This document shows positions 60,163 through 64,000 of a DNA stretch of 64,000 bases, piece by piece (positions within the stretch are counted from its first letter, which is position 1; each line of letters starts with the position of its first letter). The stretch covers positions 3,908,145 to 3,972,144 of the forward strand of contig OY820914.1 in assembly GCA_963682005.1 (NCBI GenBank), given 5' to 3'. The notes under the pieces are model-generated. The model did not search any database. It saw nothing but the letters and a program-made list of their open reading frames with translations, and was not told the origin of the DNA. The stretch comes from Bacteroidales bacterium. GTDB lineage: Bacteria; Bacteroidota; Bacteroidia; Bacteroidales; FEN-979. Made by a program: the position numbers and the translations under genes.

Positions 60163-60346
60163 GGATCGGTTCTTTTATTATGTCTCTATATTGATTTATA
60201 CGATAATCAGCATAAACCATCCTTTCTGTGTGATAAAATTATTAAACATATCCGGATTTTCGATCTTTCTTCCTATATTTAATGCACTTTTTAACCACAA
60301 CCTTACCATTATCAGGACAACCCATAATATTCAAATACCAACGATC

Positions 60347-62563
60347 ATGAAAAGGAAAACATTACTCATTGCATTTCTGATCTGCATGATGGTTTCATTA
60401 ATAGCCATTTCAAACATGCAGGCGCAGACATTCCAGCTGAACGGCGATACCATAGACCTTATGCCGGGTATACCCGCAACGTATAACTTGTTGGCAAATG
60501 ATGTTATCCCACAGGGGGATTCCATTATTGCACAGGGAGGGAACAGTACGTTGGGATCCGTTACCGCTACCCATTCGGGAGGCAATTTTACTTTTACAGC
60601 CAACGCATCAGGCAATAATGTTGGAGCACCTGCATTACAACATGGAACTTACCGGGTCATTGATTTTACCCTGGATTCGATGGCAGTCGGCCAGCTGGTA
60701 TTCCGGATCCGGGACAGATCGTATGATTCTTTATACATGAACAACATCAATGCAAGGTTCAATGCCTGCGGAAATCATTTTGTGGGAATGAATTCGCCGC
60801 CAAAATTCGAGGTTCCAAAATTTTCCGGAAAGGCCACGATATTTTCAAATGCCCTTTGGATCGGCGGCCTGGATAATAATTCAACACTGCACCTGGCAGC
60901 TGAAAGGTACAGGCAAGGGCCGAATACTGCACCTGCATGGACAAAAGCAGACTACTGGCCGGGGCCGGTCATGGATTCGGCCGCCTATTCCATTAACCAG
61001 GATACCCTATGGAGCAGGATCTGGAACCTGAAAAAATCTGACATTGAATACCACAAAACCCACTATAATCAAACCGGGTATGTGCCCATTCCGGATATCC
61101 TCCAGTGGCCCGGTAACGGGAATGTTTCTCTCGGCCAGGCAACACAGCTGGCTCCGTATTTCGACCTGAACAATGACGGGCATTATAATGCGATGGATGG
61201 GGATTATCCACTGATCAGGGGTGACCAGGCACTATTTTTCATCTTCAACGACGACCGGAACTATCATTCGGAAAGCCAGGGTAACAAGCTGAAAGCCGAG
61301 ATCCACGGGATGGCCTATGTCTTCGACATACCCTCGGATTCAGCATTTTTCAATACCGTATTCCTGAATTACAAGATCTACAACAGGTCATCCTCGACCT
61401 ACTCAAATACGTATTTCGGACTGTTTACCGACCTTGATATCGGTTACTCAACCGATGATTATATCGGCTGTGATGTAAACCGGGGTTTTTATTATGGCTA
61501 TAACGGCACTCCCGTGGATGGAAACGGGCAGCCCGAAGCATATGGCGAACATCCTCCTGCGCAGGCCGTGACGATCCTGGGCGGCCCCCTCCTTGATCCT
61601 GATTCCAATGACAATCCTTCCTATAACGGGGACGGTATTTCTGGACCATCGTTTCATGGTAGCTGCGACATTGTTCCGTTGAACGGAACTTTTCTGGAAA
61701 TGAGTTACGGCATCGATACGAGCCAGACAGGCAATTTCCTCGTACGTTCCGAGGCCATCAATGGCGTGGGATTCGGAGACGGGATCGTGGATAATGAAAG
61801 AGCGGGAATGCAGCGATTTATTAAAACAAATAATGCAAACAGCGGTGTACCTGCTTATATGCAGGATCCGGCCTATGCCCTGGATTATTACCTGTGCCTG
61901 CAGGGACGCTGGAATGACAGCACAAGAATGTTTTACGGCGGAAATGGACATGCCGGCTTTGGTGGCTATGGGCCGGAATGTAATTTTATGTTCCCCGGAC
62001 TTTCTGACCTGTGTGACTGGGGAACTGCAGGGCAGATTCCGAATGGTCCAAAAGAATGGACGGAAAAAACGGCCGCCAACCCTCCCGGCGACAGGCGTGG
62101 TGTTTGCTCGATGGGGCCGGTGACATTCACCCCGGGGGCTGTCCAGGAGCTTGACATTGCTTTCACATTTGCAAGAGAGAATTCCGGCAGAGATACCGTA
62201 AGTTCATTGGCAAAACTTCTGAACATGACCGATGTGATAAAACATGCCTATGTCACGAATACCTTACCAAACGGGGAATCTTTCAATGACGTTTCAGGAA
62301 GGAATGAAATTTCCTCGCTGATTGTTTCTGTTTATCCGAACCCCGCAACAAACATGGTGACGATTGAAGCAGGGAAGACGTCGAAAGAAACAGCAACGGT
62401 CAGCCTGATAAGTACGGAAGGAGTAACGATGATGTCGAAAGTGATTCAGCCGGGCATGAAAAGCACCAAGATCGATGTCTCAGGTGTCCCACAGGGGATT
62501 TATATTATCAGCGTAAGGACGGATAAGGGAGCAGTGACGAAGAAGGTCTCGATAATCAGGTAG
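60347..62563 (+). CDS. T9SS-secreted protein with canonical type-A C-terminal sorting domain
   Basis: The start is trimmed to MKRKTLLIAFLICMMVSLIAISNMQAQ (signal peptide). The last ~80 aa (VYPNPATNMVTIEAG...GIYIISVRTDKGAVTKKVSIIR) match the Por/T9SS CTD pattern. An N-terminal YNLLANDVIPQGD motif is cadherin-like. Confidence 0.7.
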   Translation: MKRKTLLIAFLICMMVSLIAISNMQAQTFQLNGDTIDLMPGIPATYNLLANDVIPQGDSIIAQGGNSTLGSVTATHSGGNFTFTANASGNNVGAPALQHGTYRVIDFTLDSMAVGQLVFRIRDRSYDSLYMNNINARFNACGNHFVGMNSPPKFEVPKFSGKATIFSNALWIGGLDNNSTLHLAAERYRQGPNTAPAWTKADYWPGPVMDSAAYSINQDTLWSRIWNLKKSDIEYHKTHYNQTGYVPIPDILQWPGNGNVSLGQATQLAPYFDLNNDGHYNAMDGDYPLIRGDQALFFIFNDDRNYHSESQGNKLKAEIHGMAYVFDIPSDSAFFNTVFLNYKIYNRSSSTYSNTYFGLFTDLDIGYSTDDYIGCDVNRGFYYGYNGTPVDGNGQPEAYGEHPPAQAVTILGGPLLDPDSNDNPSYNGDGISGPSFHGSCDIVPLNGTFLEMSYGIDTSQTGNFLVRSEAINGVGFGDGIVDNERAGMQRFIKTNNANSGVPAYMQDPAYALDYYLCLQGRWNDSTRMFYGGNGHAGFGGYGPECNFMFPGLSDLCDWGTAGQIPNGPKEWTEKTAANPPGDRRGVCSMGPVTFTPGAVQELDIAFTFARENSGRDTVSSLAKLLNMTDVIKHAYVTNTLPNGESFNDVSGRNEISSLIVSVYPNPATNMVTIEAGKTSKETATVSLISTEGVTMMSKVIQPGMKSTKIDVSGVPQGIYIISVRTDKGAVTKKVSIIR

Positions 62564-62617
62564 ATTGGATAGTTGTAATCGTGCACGAGCCGTGATTGGT
62601 CTTTTCCGGAGAAAAGG

Positions 62618-63412
62618 TCAGTAATAACTGAATATGATGTTGTAATTGCCCGCCACCAATCCGGCTCCCCTGATCATCTCAGTGGTGACCCTGTTCATGG
62701 AATCATAGGTATAGGAAAAATTCGCGTATACCGGAATTGTGCTGTACATCGTCGATTTCCTGATCAGGTTGACGCTGGATAACCCGAAAAAAAGTTTCCC
62801 CATGTTCCTGTTCCCGATGGTATTGACCGAATTCGGGTAATATTCATAGGTCTCCGGAACCGAGGTTCCACCCGAAATGGAGATTCCAAGGGTTGCAAGG
62901 GTAATATTCCCGTCAGCGATCTGCCATGTCCACATCAACCATGATGTTGTATCTCCATGGAGATAGGATTTCTTTTCAGTCATAAACTTATCCACATTAT
63001 ATTTAAAGTTGGTTATCTGAGACATGGAGGAATCCCCGTTCTGACTGAACCCCCAATCCGTTTCTGTAACTGCAAGCCCTTGTGAATTCAGATCATAGAA
63101 ACTGATCCCATACTTTGTATTATCATGATTAAAAATCCGCTCGATAACCCTTCCCGGTGCGTATTCAAAGGTGTGTAAAATGGAATCCTGATCTGGGGGA
63201 TTATCGGCAATCATCCGTACCAGTCTGCCCTGGGCATCGTATTTATAGGATATCATTCCATGGTAGACTCCGGTCGTATCCGTGAATACCATGCTTTTAA
63301 CCAGGGATGAGGTTGGAGATACAGGAGAAGGGTCCTGATCTTCTTTGTTTTTTTTGCAACCTAAGTTGAATACGAGTGCTGTGATGAAGATCGCAAGGGT
63401 TAGTTTTTTCAT
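62618..63412 (-). CDS. lipoprotein, function unknown (YD-repeat-like segments)
   Basis: 264 aa with a lipobox (VFNLGC) and repeated YxYDxxGRL-type strings (YKYDAQGRLVRM, YTYDSMNRVTTE). Confidence 0.5.
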   Translation of the reverse strand: MKKLTLAIFITALVFNLGCKKNKEDQDPSPVSPTSSLVKSMVFTDTTGVYHGMISYKYDAQGRLVRMIADNPPDQDSILHTFEYAPGRVIERIFNHDNTKYGISFYDLNSQGLAVTETDWGFSQNGDSSMSQITNFKYNVDKFMTEKKSYLHGDTTSWLMWTWQIADGNITLATLGISISGGTSVPETYEYYPNSVNTIGNRNMGKLFFGLSSVNLIRKSTMYSTIPVYANFSYTYDSMNRVTTEMIRGAGLVAGNYNIIFSYY

Positions 63413-63428
63413 GGTTGACTGATCGCTA

Positions 63429-63962
63429 TTATCGTGTTTTCATTTTACCTGCCCCTGAATCGGGTTTATAGAACGAAGCCAGGTAAATACTGAAAATGAT
63501 TGAAGTTGCAAGCTGCATCAATAAGGGGGTTGTCACTAATCCCGAATCAATAATGAGGAGCTGAATAAGGAAGAACTTCAGGAGGTAATAAACCGCCTTG
63601 CTCAGGATAATGCTGGCAAATATGGCAGGGAAAAGATGTTTCATTCTTTTTGAAAGAAGGAAGAACAGAAATACGTTCAAGGTAAGTTCAACTGCAATCA
63701 GCATCATTTTTGGAACGACAGGGTGACCGGAAACAAGGAACGAAAAAACCGGCATCGATAAAGCAAGGAAATAAGCATTTGTCTTGCTTGAATGGACCAG
63801 CGAAATGATCAGGATAACCCGCATCGGTTCGACCAGGTAGAGCGGCAGGCTCAGCAGGTGAGTGATGGCCGGAACCAGGTAGATGAAGACCAATGCGAAA
63901 ATATCAATGATCGCTCCTTTTACTGTGTCTCTTTGAAATAGGGAATGAGAAATTGTATTCAT
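63429..63962 (-). CDS. integral membrane protein, function unknown
   Basis: 177 aa with ~5 predicted hydrophobic helices and no recognisable motif. Confidence 0.5.
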   Translation of the reverse strand: MNTISHSLFQRDTVKGAIIDIFALVFIYLVPAITHLLSLPLYLVEPMRVILIISLVHSSKTNAYFLALSMPVFSFLVSGHPVVPKMMLIAVELTLNVFLFFLLSKRMKHLFPAIFASIILSKAVYYLLKFFLIQLLIIDSGLVTTPLLMQLATSIIFSIYLASFYKPDSGAGKMKTR

Positions 63963-64000
63963 CCTTTTTATTGTTTAATGATTTTTATATCCTGTTTTCC

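Overview
The window looks like a Bacteroidota chromosome segment. One cargo protein carries a canonical T9SS C-terminal sorting domain, several upstream regions have TAnnTTTG-type -7 boxes, and most genes lie on the minus strand with very tight spacing. About 70% of the window (roughly 2.0-47.1 kb) is one large biosynthetic gene cluster of the flexirubin / aryl-polyene type. Its core consists of an MIO ammonia-lyase, FabG, five Cys-His-His ketosynthases, two Cys-less CLF-like partners, three ACPs, two hotdog dehydratases and two 4HBT thioesterases. Also present are LpxL- and PlsC-type acyltransferases, a GT2, a LolA-like carrier, and MMPL and ABC exporters; no enoyl reductase is present. The cluster carries an unusual extra load. 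There are five separate B12-binding radical SAM genes, and a CrtI-like flavoenzyme translationally coupled to a C45/Ntn hydrolase. There is a CoA-level block (two crotonases, a 3-hydroxyacyl-CoA dehydrogenase, a KAS III-like enzyme and a heme-binding protein). There is also a tandemly duplicated two-gene module (a BtrH-N-like Cys/His protein plus a small HTH-like protein). No aryl-acid adenylating enzyme or CoA ligase is visible. I consider this rSAM-rich polyene/lipid cluster the best candidate for an undescribed system. To its right lie a decayed REP-associated tyrosine transposase (RAYT), flanked by inverted REP hairpins, that appears to have inserted into a four-helix-bundle gene. Then come tRNA-Arg(ACG) and a secreted low-complexity protein with a 42-bp VNTR. 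Further right are an M6 metalloprotease and a BNR-repeat protein that share a ~330-aa C-terminal module, a DNPH1-like/QueG-like coupled pair, and a T9SS cargo protein. The left edge holds acetate kinase (partial) and a 3-hydroxybutyryl-CoA-dehydrogenase-like gene. A striking non-genic signal is that nearly every intergenic gap over ~60 bp is filled with short tandem arrays (mostly period 7) drawn from a small reused vocabulary: AATTACG, GCTGGAT, CCCGCAT, CAGGCTR, GCATTTT, AAAGTCA, TAGTGAA, AATTATG. There are also REP-like G/C hairpins, one of which sits in frame inside a coding sequence. I found no rRNA, CRISPR array, integrase or prophage. All functional calls rest on motif recognition by eye; no database search was run.
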